A stretch of 64,000 nt of DNA from Camelus dromedarius. Its lineage: Eukaryota. Below, piece after piece: positions 24,201-36,050 of the stretch (the first letter of the stretch is position 1; the number at the start of each line of letters is the position of its first letter). The stretch is taken from the NCBI RefSeq assembly GCF_036321535.1, contig NC_087436.1, forward strand, positions 5,022,001 through 5,086,000, read 5' to 3'. The translations under genes and the position numbers were made by a program. The notes beneath the pieces were generated by a model. It had not been told where the DNA came from. It ran no database searches and saw nothing but the letters and a program-made list of their open reading frames with translations.

Positions 24201-26299
24201 AGGCTCTGAATAATACCATAGAATCCATTATGAAAACAATTCTTGAAGCTCCATAGAATTAACCCCACTAGGTTTGGGAGTTTTTACTTATGTAAAAATA
24301 AAAACTAGATTTTTCACAACTATAAATAATAGTATAGCAAAATAAATTAAAGAAAAATAGGAACACAGCAGTTCATGGAAGCAGACAAATCTCTAGTTCT
24401 TATGGCACCTGTATTGGGCAGAGCAAACAGACTTTTCAAGCTACTCTACTTTTCTAAAATTCAGGAGTTAGTCAAACTCTGTAGGATTCAGCCTTTGACT
24501 CAACGACTTCTTGCCACAAATTGTCCAAGGTGTTTCCATCTCATTTCATTCCAAAAGTTTTCATCTGCATTCTGATTTTAGAAGGGATTTCAAACAAAAT
24601 ATTATTTGGAATTTTTTTTAAGGGCCATTCCACTTTTCTTGGTTTTTAAACATATGACCATTTTAATCCTTAAACACTTTCCGGGACCTTCTTTTTCCTA
24701 CACTGAAAAGCAGAAGTGTAGACTATTTCTGATCATGGCCTTTATCTCTCCAGTCTCACGGAGTGGAGGACTTTCCGAATTTCTGTGATGTTTATTTACA
24801 ACATGGATTTTGAATCACACAGTTTAAAGTCTTTTTCCCAAAAGCATATTTTTTAAAGGTCTCCAACACTTTTCTTTGACTGACAGGATAAATCAAACTA
24901 AAATTTTTTCTCTAATTGCTGAGTCTCATTCCTTCTCTATGAGACCCAGTTAATAATTCAGGACTCAGGAACTGTAGGAAATGTGTTATGTAGAGAATTG
25001 AAGAATGGAACATTCCATAAGTCAAGGTTCAACAAATACTTCTTTCTCGGGGCTGAAATAGCTCATTTAGAAATGGCCCGGTTTTTAAAGACTGGCTGAA
25101 CGGAGAACTTGATCCATGAGTTTTGAAACCTGCCCTGAGGCACAAACACAAAGACAGGATCTCGGCACAGGAATGAGGCTGGTGTTGCACCTGGCAGGGC
25201 GCCTGATGGAAGCTTCAAAGAGGGACGGGAGCTGCTTTCTGGCTGCAGAAAGGATGAGCCAAATTAATAAAGCCATTTTTTATGCTTAAAAAAAAAGATC
25301 CTTCACCACAGCTCTAAAGACTTCCATGATTCTCTCAGGTGCCTGAAGCCTGGGAAAACATTTTTAATTGACTTTAATTAAAACCTTGAATGCTCTATGA
25401 GTGAAAGAGGAGATAACAACAGGACATTTACCCTCCTCTCCCTACCATTTTCATCTTCCCTCTGTGTGAGTTTTGTACTAAGACTGTATAAGTCTCTTCA
25501 CACAATCATATCTTCTCAGGTAACAGAAAGATATCTGCTGGATTCTCACCGACGAAGAATAATCTGGAATTCTTAAAATAAAAAGCTGAATATCAAACAA
25601 ACGAGAAGTTGAAAAAGAAAAGAGATTCTTCTACGGATTCATCAAAGAAGTATTTAGATATAAGTAAGTGGTGTGCCTTCAGTGAGCCACAGAGTGCATG
25701 CTCACATTTTCAGCCAGTCACGGGCATTCAGATTTATTTCACTTGATCAACATCCTTAGAGACATTGACTTCCTCTGCAGTCTGCCATCCAGGACACTGG
25801 CCACATCTTAAGATCTGTTGCAGTCATCCTAAAAACATACCGTTTTATGAAATATAACGGCACTCTCACAAACTTAAAAGGTGTGCTAGAGTCGCCAAAG
25901 CCATACAAATTAGTTAGACAACATCATAGTTATTCATGAGAGGCAGAAAAGGAATCAGAAAGGTAAAACTTGGAAATATAATTCTATATTCTCAATCGAT
26001 AGTTAGAAAACCTTGTGGTCTTCCTACTTCTGCTACTCACGCAAGTCTATTATGTTTTTCTATTTTCACAGAAACTTTTCTAATGACAGTGCATATGTAC
26101 TTGCTCCTTCACTTAACCTAGAGCCCCATACAATCTTTTTCCCCAGCTGCCCAGTAAATCTGATATCCAAAACATCACCAAGTATCACTGCTTAGTCCTT
26201 ATCTTCCAAGGAAAGGCGTTAACAAGCCCTTTCCTTTGGGCAGATCTCCACAACTTTTGGTGGAACCCATCACACTGCACTTTTATGTTTTCATCCTCT

Positions 26300-26595
26300 T
26301 TTCTCTTTCCCTTCTGTTCTCTGTAAACATTCCCAAGGTTTTGATATTTTTTGTCTCTTTACTTGTTTTTCTCTATTTCCATAGCAACTACTATACTATC
26401 TACTTATCAATCTAAATACCATCCTCCTTCAGGAGCCAATGGTCTCAAGTTTCAATCAATGTATATCATGGACACCATATTTATTTCTCCTGATCTCTTT
26501 CCTGAACTTCAGCTGTGCTTTTATAAAATGCAAGATAGATCTCCCTGGACATTTCATAGGCAAAATCAAACTTAACAAGTCTGAAAGGCTGTCTT
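26300..26595 (+). mobile_element. L2 fragment
   Basis: ctcctgatctctttcctgaacttcagc...atctccctggacatttcataggcaaaatcaaacttaacaagtctgaa. Confidence 0.55.
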
Positions 26596-26610
26596 AAAAG
26601 AGATCCTCTT

Positions 26611-26840
26611 TTTAAATTAAAAAAAAATTTAATTCTTACTTTTTATTGAAATGTAGTCAATTTACAATGTTAGTTTCAGGTGTACAGCAAAGCAACTCAG
26701 ATAAATATATATATATATATTTCAGATTCTTTTCCATTAAAGCTCATTAAAAGAAATTAAATATAGTTCCCTGTGCTATATACTAGGACCTTGTTGTTTA
26801 TCTGTTTTATATTCAGTGGTTTGTTTCTACTAATCCCAAG
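26611..26840 (-). mobile_element. Older-type L1 3' end
   Basis: tttattgaaatgtagtcaatttacaatgttagtttcaggtgtacagcaaag...agttccctgtgctata; atcctctt flanks both sides (26603-26610, 26844-26851). Confidence 0.88.
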
Positions 26841-28156
26841 GACATCCTCTTAACCAGAAATACCTTCTCACTTGTCATCTCTGTAATTGGCACCAATATC
26901 CTCTCAAGCCTCAAAGTTATCTATGCATTATTCTCCCTCCACACACATGCTCATGCTCTTCCATGATTCTCCAGGGCAGAAGCAAGCCACTGAATTCCTA
27001 AGAATTGTTTAAAATATTTTTGTGACACTTTTCAAGTGTTGACTTACTATATATTTGGCTCCATCTTACATTATCCCAGTGTGCTAAATACTCTTGAAAT
27101 CCAGTATCACGTCTTCCTAACTTGGAGCTCCCCTGACCCCACCTAAAGTGTTCAGATTATGTTTGTTTTCTGAGTAAGTGAAGTTGATAGCTGTTAATTC
27201 AGTTGACTCAGAAAGCCACTCACAGAAGGAATGATGGATTTGAGCTAATTTACATACACAGCCCTTTCCAGGTTATTTATACCATCCTGACCTTGTGGCA
27301 GGAGCCAGCCGTGGGGAAAGATGTTGCACTCACATTCCACAGGATTCACTCCGGGGCACATACCAGGTAAGAGGCAGAACATTTAATGATAATGGATTTG
27401 TTGACCCAGGTTGAGGATATGAATCAGTCCTGTTGGTCCCATAATTGATTTTAAAGCAAAAGCCCCAGGGATATTAATCCTTGCTGATTCCTCTGAATGG
27501 TGAAAACTCATATTTCAACACAACCCCTACCAGTCAGGATTCTTCAGGTCTAATCTTTGGCTCTTTTTTCTGTGCATTTTACCTGGTGATGATGACATAT
27601 TCTTTGTCTGAAAGGAAAATAAACGGCTAAGTCAATGTCTTCATGAAAGGGATTAAGAACATAATTACACGGCAGGATGGGGGTGGAATGATGGATTCTG
27701 TCTTCTCGTTGTGTGAGACAAAGGTACAAAGGCTAAACTCGGAATTCAAGGAAGAGTGAAGGCTTGATAGAACTGACATTTTGAGAAGAAGCTATTATTT
27801 ACATGAGTGAATCTGAAAGGCAGGTCTAGGTGCACAAAGCACTTCCCAGCAGCAGAGCCATGTGGCCGTGTGCTGAACACTGGAAAATAACACCTTGGTA
27901 AAACAACAATCAGTCACTTTTTTTCAGATTGTAAATTACCTCCACTAAATCTTTTTCAGTCTAGTGTCTTACTGTCCCCAATTCTTTTCCAAATATTAGC
28001 CACTAGAGTAAAGGGTAGTGTATTCACATCATGAAGTATTAACTTTGATCTACATAAGTAGGAAATGTGTGCATCTTATTTGTGTCTTTACGTGATGTCT
28101 TCATATACAGCCTGACAGCAGATGTGACATTTAGAGGAAGACAAAATGCCTGAGAC

Positions 28157-28185
28157 ACCGTTTCCATGGCAACGGTTTATAAAAG
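28157..28185 (+). promoter_or_regulatory. RFX X-box (GTTTCCATGGCAAC) adjacent to TATAAAA
   Basis: 28160-28173 matches GTTNCCATGGNAAC inside a 20-bp near-palindrome; tataaaag at 28178-28185; not in a recognisable repeat. Function not demonstrated. Confidence 0.5.
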
Positions 28186-28932
28186 ACGATACAGAACTTA
28201 ATAAGCTAAGACAATTTTAAATGTGAATGAAGCATATTGGACTTTTAGTAGCTAAATAACCAAAAAGAATTTTTCTGTGCAAAGTATTCTTCGAAATAAA
28301 TAAGAGAAAGCTTGCTGCCAGGTTATATTTAGTGACCTATACCAGACATGTCCTAATTCATACCTAGAAAAATGAAAGTAAAATGCATTTGAATCTGCCT
28401 CCTTCTCAACAGATGGTCAGCAGCACAATAATTTCATCTTCAATGGCAGTAGAGATTTTCACTGTTTGTTTGGATTTCAGATTTCATGCCACATTCTTAA
28501 TTTATAATCTAAAAACACAAATATTTAGTTCAATACATGCATGAGGCATTGAATCAGATAATGATGAAGATACTGAAAATGATTGCTTCCAACCTAGCAA
28601 GGAAGAAAAGACAAAGACTAAATAATAAAATACAGCTCCAAAGTCTTCAAGGAACGTAAGAATGTGACAAGGAAGGTGCTATTACAGGACAGGATTAAAG
28701 AAATTCCTTTGGACCAATGATCCTATCCCTTTTCATGGGGACAGAGAGTGGGGGCAGCTGGGGGTAACCTGGGCCTTAACAAACATGATAGATGAGGCTA
28801 GTAGTGATTAGGGAGATATCTTTTGAGGACAATCTTGTAGTAAAGGTGAAAACAAACAAACAAAAAAACAAACAAACAGAACATTTGAAAAATGGTTCAA
28901 TTGTGAGTAAAGAATAAAAAGTAATACAGAAG

Positions 28933-29408
28933 GTATATTTATATAATGGAATACTACTCAGCCATAAAAAATGATAAAATAATGCCATGTGCAGCAACAT
29001 GGATGGCCCTGGAGAATGTCATTCTAAGTGAAGTAAGCCAGAAATAGAAAGGAAAACACCATATGATATCACTCATATGTGAAATCTAAAAAAAAAGACA
29101 AATGAACTTATATATAAAACAAAAACAGACTCATAGACATAGGATACAGACTTGTGGTTGCCAGAAGGGAGGAGGGTAAGAAGGGATAAACTGGGAGTTT
29201 GAGATTTGCAGATACTGACTGGTTTACGTAAAATGGATAAACAAGTTTATACTGTACAGCACAGGGAAATATATTCAAGATCTTGTAGTAGCTCACAGTG
29301 AAAAAGAATATGAAAATGAATATATGTATATTCATGTATGACTGAAGAATTGTGCTGTACCTAAGAAATTGACACAACATTGTAAACTGACTATACCTTA
29401 ATTTTTAG
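28933..29408 (+). mobile_element. 5'-truncated L1 with 16-bp TSD
   Basis: ORF2 end plus 3' UTR; aaaagtaatacagaag at 28917-28932 and 29409-29424. Confidence 0.95.
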
Positions 29409-29855
29409 AAAAGTAATACAGAAGAGAATTAAGCCTAGAAAATTGTAGACATTTAATAAATCTTGGTTAAATTGAACTTAAATTACATTGACTCTAATTG
29501 AACAAATGGAAAGGAATTAATGGTTAGGCTTATTCATGGAGGTCTCGAAATTCAAACTGTAGATGTTAGAATTTATTCTGTTGGTAGGTAGTTTACTCAT
29601 GAATACATATTTATTAATTGCTTAACACAAATTGAGCATCTTAAGAGTTTCTAGATATTCAAAGACAGGCACCACAGTCTTTGAGCCTTAGGAGGTCATT
29701 GCCTGGTTATCCTGGCCCAGGGTTGGTGAAGGGGGCTGCTTGCAGCACTGCTGGACACGATTTCAAAGGATCAGTGAGGCTTGGGCAGACAAAGAGGGGA
29801 AGACAGAATTCTAAGAAGTGACTTGTGGTCCATAGGCACAGAGGCTAGAGTACGT

Positions 29856-29950
29856 TAGGGTGGCCCTGGTTTTCCCCGGACTTCCCCAATTTTCACACTG
29901 AAAATTCTGTGTTCTGGGAACCCCCTCCATCCCCAACAAACTGGGACAGA
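29856..29950. mobile_element. hAT-Blackjack MITE (MER94-like)
   Basis: tagggtggccctggttttccccggacttccccaattttcacactgaaaattc...gggaaccccctccatccccaacaaactgggaca. Confidence 0.65.
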
Positions 29951-31907
29951 GTGAACAAGAGGGAGACTAAGTTTAATTAGGCAGAATATCAAGTTAAGGT
30001 AGAGAGTGGCAAAGTACGATGCTGAAAAACTCAGTGCATACTGGATGATAGAAGAGTTTTTCTCCAAGGCTAAAAATCCAGGACTTTACCCCCAAGGAAC
30101 CATTGCTGGGTTCTAGGTAGAATGGTTATATCAACTCCTGAGATACAACATCCATCGGTAAGAAGGTTATGGACATATACTCCCAGCAAGAAATACCAAG
30201 AGATGAGAAGGGTGAGGGTAGCAGGAACAGAAAGGAGAAAGTAGACACATTTAGGGAATAACTTGTACAAAATTCAGTGATTGTGACAGAGATGGGAGAT
30301 GATGTCATTCATTCACTCATTTATTCAAAAATATTCACTGAGCACCTGAAGATGATGAAAGTAGTTGTTGGAGTAGGACCATGATGAGGTAATTTCAGAA
30401 TTGATAATTAATGAATAACCATCCATCAGAATGGATGGTTATCTGTTCGAGTGGCAGGAAACGACTTCTGGACTAGTCACTCATACTTTATAAAGACCAG
30501 TCTCCCTACAGTCAGTATGATGGATTCCTTGGAATAAACTCAGGAAAGAAATAGAGAAAAATAAGGAGAGCCCTGTTCATGGAGGCTGAAGTTATGACCT
30601 GCAGAGATTTAGTAGGAAAGTGAAGGAGGGCAAAGTATGAGTGATCCCACAGAGGCTCCTCAGATCCAGGGAATTCTTGGGGACCGCACTGTGGACGTGG
30701 TGGTGGTGGGGCTTTGGGGACGGGGAGATAGAATATCAATGCATTGACTTCAGAGATTCTCCAGGTCACTCACTCATGGATGCTCTGATGCAGACAACCA
30801 GCAGAGGGAGAAAAGCACCAGGTTGGACATCAAGGAAATGTTATCCTGTTGACTACAGGGCAACCTTAGAGATGTACCCAAATGCATCAGAGTGAACTCT
30901 GCCTATTCCTGGAAAGAAAATAGAGGGAAATAAGAAGAGAAATATGCATTAAAACTTAGAGACTGTCCAAGAGGCAGTAGAAGGGGGAAAACTGTGAATA
31001 AAACAGAAAATGGAAAGCAAGTTAGAGATGGAAAATTTTCCACGTCATGGAAGCCATAGGGAGCCGTGCAACCTGAATTCATGATAATATAACTATGCAC
31101 CACTTATGACACTAAGAATTACATTTTTATTAGGAGCAACTCTTTTACCTAGAATCATAAATTAACTTCTCTTTGTCCTTTCTTTCTTATATCTGCTTAA
31201 TCCCCAAATTTTTAAAATATACTTTTAAAATAGAATTTCATCAAATATGATCGGATACGTGCATTCTAACACAAATGGCCCGTGAACTTAAATTTTAATT
31301 AAAATTGGTTTGAATACTTAAGTTTTCTCAAAACAAAGAAAATTCTAATTCTAAAATTTTCATCAGAAAAATCAGAAAACATGAGTTTTCACAAAGAGAG
31401 TTTATAAATATGAATTTTCAACTAGCTTACACGTTGTATTCTTTAAACAAGACTTGGTAATTGAAAGTTTTATCAAAACTAATCGTAAACATGGGTTTAC
31501 ATCAAATAAAATTTGGCAGAAATTCAGTCTTTTAATTATAACATTGGATAGATACCTTTCTTTTCAAAAACTTATAGAAATGTTTTTCCACTAAACTAGT
31601 CTAGTTCAATTTAAAGGGAAACATTTCTCTGGGGGAAAAAATAGTTGGTGAACACGAGTTTCTATAAAAACTAGCTTTTACCTGTGACTTTCCATTCATA
31701 CTAGTTTAAAATGACTCTTACTGAAATCTTGTTGACTGTAAAGTTGACATCAAAATGAACTCACCAACACGATGTTTCCACAAAAATAGCTTAAAAACAC
31801 AATATCTTAAAAATCAGATTTGCAACATTCTTCTAATTGGCCTCTCTTATTCCAATTTACAGCCCACACATCATTTACAGCCCACACGTCACTTCAATTT
31901 CTAAAAA

Positions 31908-32100
31908 ATGAGGCTGGGAGTGGGGGGAGTAGCTGTTTCATGGGGACAGTTTCTGTTTGAGATAATGAGAAAGTTCTGGAAATGGCTGGAGATGATGGTC
32001 GGACATCACTGTCCGTGGACTTAACGCCATGGAACTGTACACATACATATGGTTAAAATGGTGGAAAAACAAAAACAAAAAAAAGGGAAAAGAAAAAAAG
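31908..32100 (+). mobile_element. L1MB-like 3' UTR fragment
   Basis: gtttcatggggacagtttctgtttgagataatgagaaagttctggaaatgg...gaactgtacaca...atggttaaaatggt plus A-rich tail. Confidence 0.85.
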
Positions 32101-32399
32101 GGTTAAAAAAGATAGACTCAAGATCTCAAGCAATACTGACAAAGCCTGCGACTTTCTGCCTCTGGATCTCTGAAGGGTTTTGCTTTGGCATCTTCAAGCT
32201 GTCTGTGGCTTCCCTGGCAGAACAGCTCCTTCTTGCCTCCTTTCCTGGGTGCTTGCTCTGCACCTTCTTGGAGACACACACACACATCTTGCAGAATCTC
32301 CTCAGCTTCTACCCATCAGTTAGGTGGCAGCTGTGGTGGCCCTGCTCCTTCCCCTCTGCTGTGTTCCCATAATCCCCTGGTTGAAGGTCTACCATGGAA

Positions 32400-32542
32400 T
32401 ACTTCCCATTGTGATGAAATCACTGATGTATGAGTCTCTTTCCCCATAGACTGGGGAAACAGACTGTAATTTTTCTGTTTTGAATAGCCAGTGCCTAGAA
32501 TACTGCCTGGTATACAGTAGGTGCTCAATAAATGCTTATTGC
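32400..32542 (+). mobile_element. L2 3' end
   Basis: ccagtgcctagaatactgcctggtatacagtaggtgctcaataaatgctt. Confidence 0.8.
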
Positions 32543-33189
32543 ATCAGCACACCCACTGTTTTCCTTTCCTCTTTGATACTTACCCTCACATACTGCTTTA
32601 GTGTGTGCATCTCAGTTTAGAGGACTCAAAAGGCACTGATCTATCTGATAACTTCTTTTATTGACCACTCATCAAATTTATTCATGTTATTTCTCATTAT
32701 AGTATTCAGATATGTTGCTTCTCAATTGCTTCCTGGGCTTTATGTTTTGTCACCTCAAGGAGCCAAAATCTTTTAAAAGCAAGAAACTGGTTTGCCTTTG
32801 TCATGTGTAGCTTCAAACTGCACCTTACATGCATTAATTCCCACTTGGTAATTATCTATCAGGTATACAAATGTTCAAACAAAAGCAACATTGCTTTAAA
32901 CCTTCCATAATCTACATTTTTTTTCATCTCGTACAATTAGGTAAATGGTTATCTGTAAGGTTGCATTGTAGGTTTTTTGCTTCTGAGACTCATAGAAACT
33001 GTGCTCATAGACTCAGATATTTCCCAATGAAACCACAGCAAACTTTTTAATAATTTCATATTAATCTTGCTTTTTAGTCTCTTTCATTCCTTTAGATGTC
33101 TCTGTTGCCTTAAGCTACAGGGAAAAGACTCCAGTAAATTTTCAGCATGTGTATGAAACTTCCTTTAATGCCTGTATTTGTTTAACCAA

Positions 33190-33845
33190 AGTCGTTTATT
33201 CATTGCTGCAACAACCATGGGCATCTACTCCGTGCCAAGTACTGCTCTGGTCCCGAAAGAATGAGTTACAGCAGCAAACAAAGTCAAGTTCCTGCTTCGA
33301 TAATGCTTACACATCAGTGAGTAGACAGGAAATAATCAGACCAAAAATACATTTATCACGTGTAGGATGAGGTAAGTAAAAGAGTGAAAAATGACACATG
33401 CTGGGAAGGCAATGCAGCTTTGTTAAAGGTGTGCGGAACTGACATGAGGGCAGAGCTGAAGGGGGCAGGAGTGGGGTGTGTGCAGACCTGGATGGAGGAG
33501 ACCACAGGCTGACAATCCTGAAGACCTCAGGGATGTGGGGTCGTGGGGGCATATCTAAGGACCAGATGCAAACCCAAGGTGGAGGTGATGGGGTGGAGTG
33601 AGCCAAAGGAGAGTGGAGGATGATGAGATCAGAGAGGGGTATTAAGGGAAGAGGCAATGGTGAGGTCACACGACCCCGCCGGCCACAATACCAACTTGGA
33701 TTTGACTCTGAGTGAGAAAGAGCACCACTGGACAGTTCAGAACAAAAGAGTGACATGGTTTGGCCTATGTTGTAAAACACCTCTCCAGCTTCAGGTGATG
33801 AATAGAAGTAGGTGAGGAAAATGGTGGCTTAGAATAGGCTGGTTT
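33190..33845 (-). mobile_element. L2 (left part; resumes at about 36140-36325)
   Basis: tttattcattg...gcatctactccgtgccaagtactgctct...ttggatttgactctgagtgaga...gagtgacatggtttggcctatgttgtaaaa. Confidence 0.8.
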
Positions 33846-33847
33846 GT

Positions 33848-36050
33848 ATGCATGGACCTAGAGATGGCAATACTAAGTGAAGTAAGTCAGACAGAGAAAG
33901 ACAAATATCATATGACATCACTTAAATGTGGAATCTAAAGTAATGACACAAAAATTTTCTACCATTCTGTAGGTTGTCATTTTGTTTTGTTTATGGTTTC
34001 CTTTGCTGTGCAGAAGCTTTTAAGTTTCATTAGGTCCCATTTGTTTATTCTTGCTTTTATTTCTATTGCTTGGGTAGACTGCTCTAGGAGAACATTTTTG
34101 AGATGTATGTCAGATAATGTTTTGTCTATGTTTTCTTCTAGGAGATTTATTGTATCTTGTCTTATGTTTAAGTCTTTGATCCATCTTGAGTTGATTTTTG
34201 TGTGTGGTGTAAGGGAGTGTTCTAGCTTCATTGATTTACATGCTTCTGTCCAGTTTTCCCAGCACCATTTTCTGAACAGACTGTCTTTATTTCATTGTAT
34301 ATTCTGCCTCCTTTGTCAAATATTAGTTGACCAAAAGTTTGTGGATTCACTTCTGGGCTCTCTATTGTGTTTCATTGGTCCATATGTCTGTTTTTGTACC
34401 AATACCATGCTGTTTTGATTATTGTAGCTCTATAATATTGTCTGAAGTCTGGGAGAGTTATTCCTCCAGCCATTTTCTTTTTCTTCAGTAATGCTTTGGC
34501 AATTCTAGGTCTTTTGTGGTTCTATATAAAATTTATTATGATTTGTTCTAGTTCTGTGAAATATATCTTGGGTAATTTGATAGGGATTGCATTAAATCTG
34601 TAGATTGCCTTGGGCAGTGTGACCATTTTAACAATATTGATTCTTCCAATGCAGGAGCATGGGATATCTTTCCATTTTTTTAAGTCTCCTTTAATTTCCT
34701 TAATCAGTGTTTTATAGTTTTCCATGTATAAGTCTTTCACCTCCTTGGTTAGATTTATCCCTAGGTATATTATTACTCACAAAGGCTTGATCTCCAGAAT
34801 AAGCAGCTCATATGATGTAATAAGAAAAAAAAAAAACAACAAACCCAATCCAAAAGTGGGCAGAAGACCTAAAGAAGCAATTCTCCAAGGAAGAAATACA
34901 AATGATCAACAGGCACATGAAAAAATGCTCAATATCACTAATTATCAGAGAAATGCAAATCAAAACTACAATGAGGTATCACCTCACACCAGCCAGAATG
35001 GCCATCATTCAAAAGTCTACAAATGACAAGTGCTGGAGAGGCTGTGGAGAAAAGGGAAATCTTACTGCTGGTGGGAATGCAGTATGGTGCAGTCACTGTG
35101 CATATATCCAGAAGGAATCCTACTTCAAAATGACACCTGCACCCCAATGTTCATAGCAGCACTATTTACAATAGCCAAGACATGGAAACAGCTTAAATGT
35201 CCATCAACAGATGACTAGATAAAGATGATGTGGTATATTTATACAATGGAATACTACTCAGCCATAAAAACCAACATAACGCTATTTACAGCAACATGGA
35301 TGTCCCTGGAGAATGTCATTCTAAGTGAAGTAACCCAGCAACAGAAAGAAAAACACCATATGATATCACTCATATATGGAATCTAAAAAAAAAGACAAAT
35401 GAAATTATATATAAAACAGAAACAGACTCATAGACATAGGATACAGACTTGTGGTTGCCAAGGGGGGAGGGGGGTGGGAAGGGACAGACTGGGATTTCCA
35501 AATTTGTAGATACTGACAGGCATATGCAGAATAGATAAACTAGATTATACTGTATAGCACAGGGAAATATATACAAGATCTTGTGGTAACTCACAGTGAA
35601 AAAAAAAATGTGACAATGAATATATGTATGTTCATATATAACTGAAAAATTGTGCTCTACACTGGAATTCGACACAACTTTGTAAAATGACTGTAACTCA
35701 ATAAAAAATGTTAAAAAAATTAAAATAAAATGACACAAATGAACTTATTTATAAACCAGAAATAGACTCACAGACATAAAGAAGCTTATGGTTAATGAAG
35801 AGGAAAGGGATAGGGGAGGAATAAATTAAGAGTTTGAGATTAACATACACACACTACAGTATATAAAACAGATAAACAACAAGGACCTACTGTATAGTAC
35901 AGGGAGCTACATTCAGTCCCTTGTAATAAGCTATAATGAAAAAGAATATGAAAACAAATATATACGTATGGATAACTGAATCACTATGCTGTACACCAGC
36001 AACTAACACAACATTATATACCGACTAGACTTCAATTTTGGAAAATAAAA
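33848..36050 (+). mobile_element. Older-type L1 3' end split by a younger L1 (pieces 33848-33952 and 35740-36050)
   Basis: catggacctagag...gtggaatctaaagtaatgacacaaa continues after the insert as tgaacttatttataaaccagaaatagactcacagac, the same order as in the copies at 22833 and 61305. Confidence 0.9.
33953..35728 (+). mobile_element. Young L1 with 5' inversion (33953-34774 antisense, 34775-35728 sense), 11-bp TSD
   Basis: Minus ORF2 peptides ([33 protein letters not shown]), then plus ORF2 ([19 protein letters not shown]) and 3' UTR; aatgacacaaa at 33942-33952 and 35729-35739. Confidence 0.95.

Noticed and set aside
33987..34418. 143-aa hydrophobic plus-strand ORF as a membrane protein
   Set aside because: It is the antisense reading of L1 ORF2, a common artefact.
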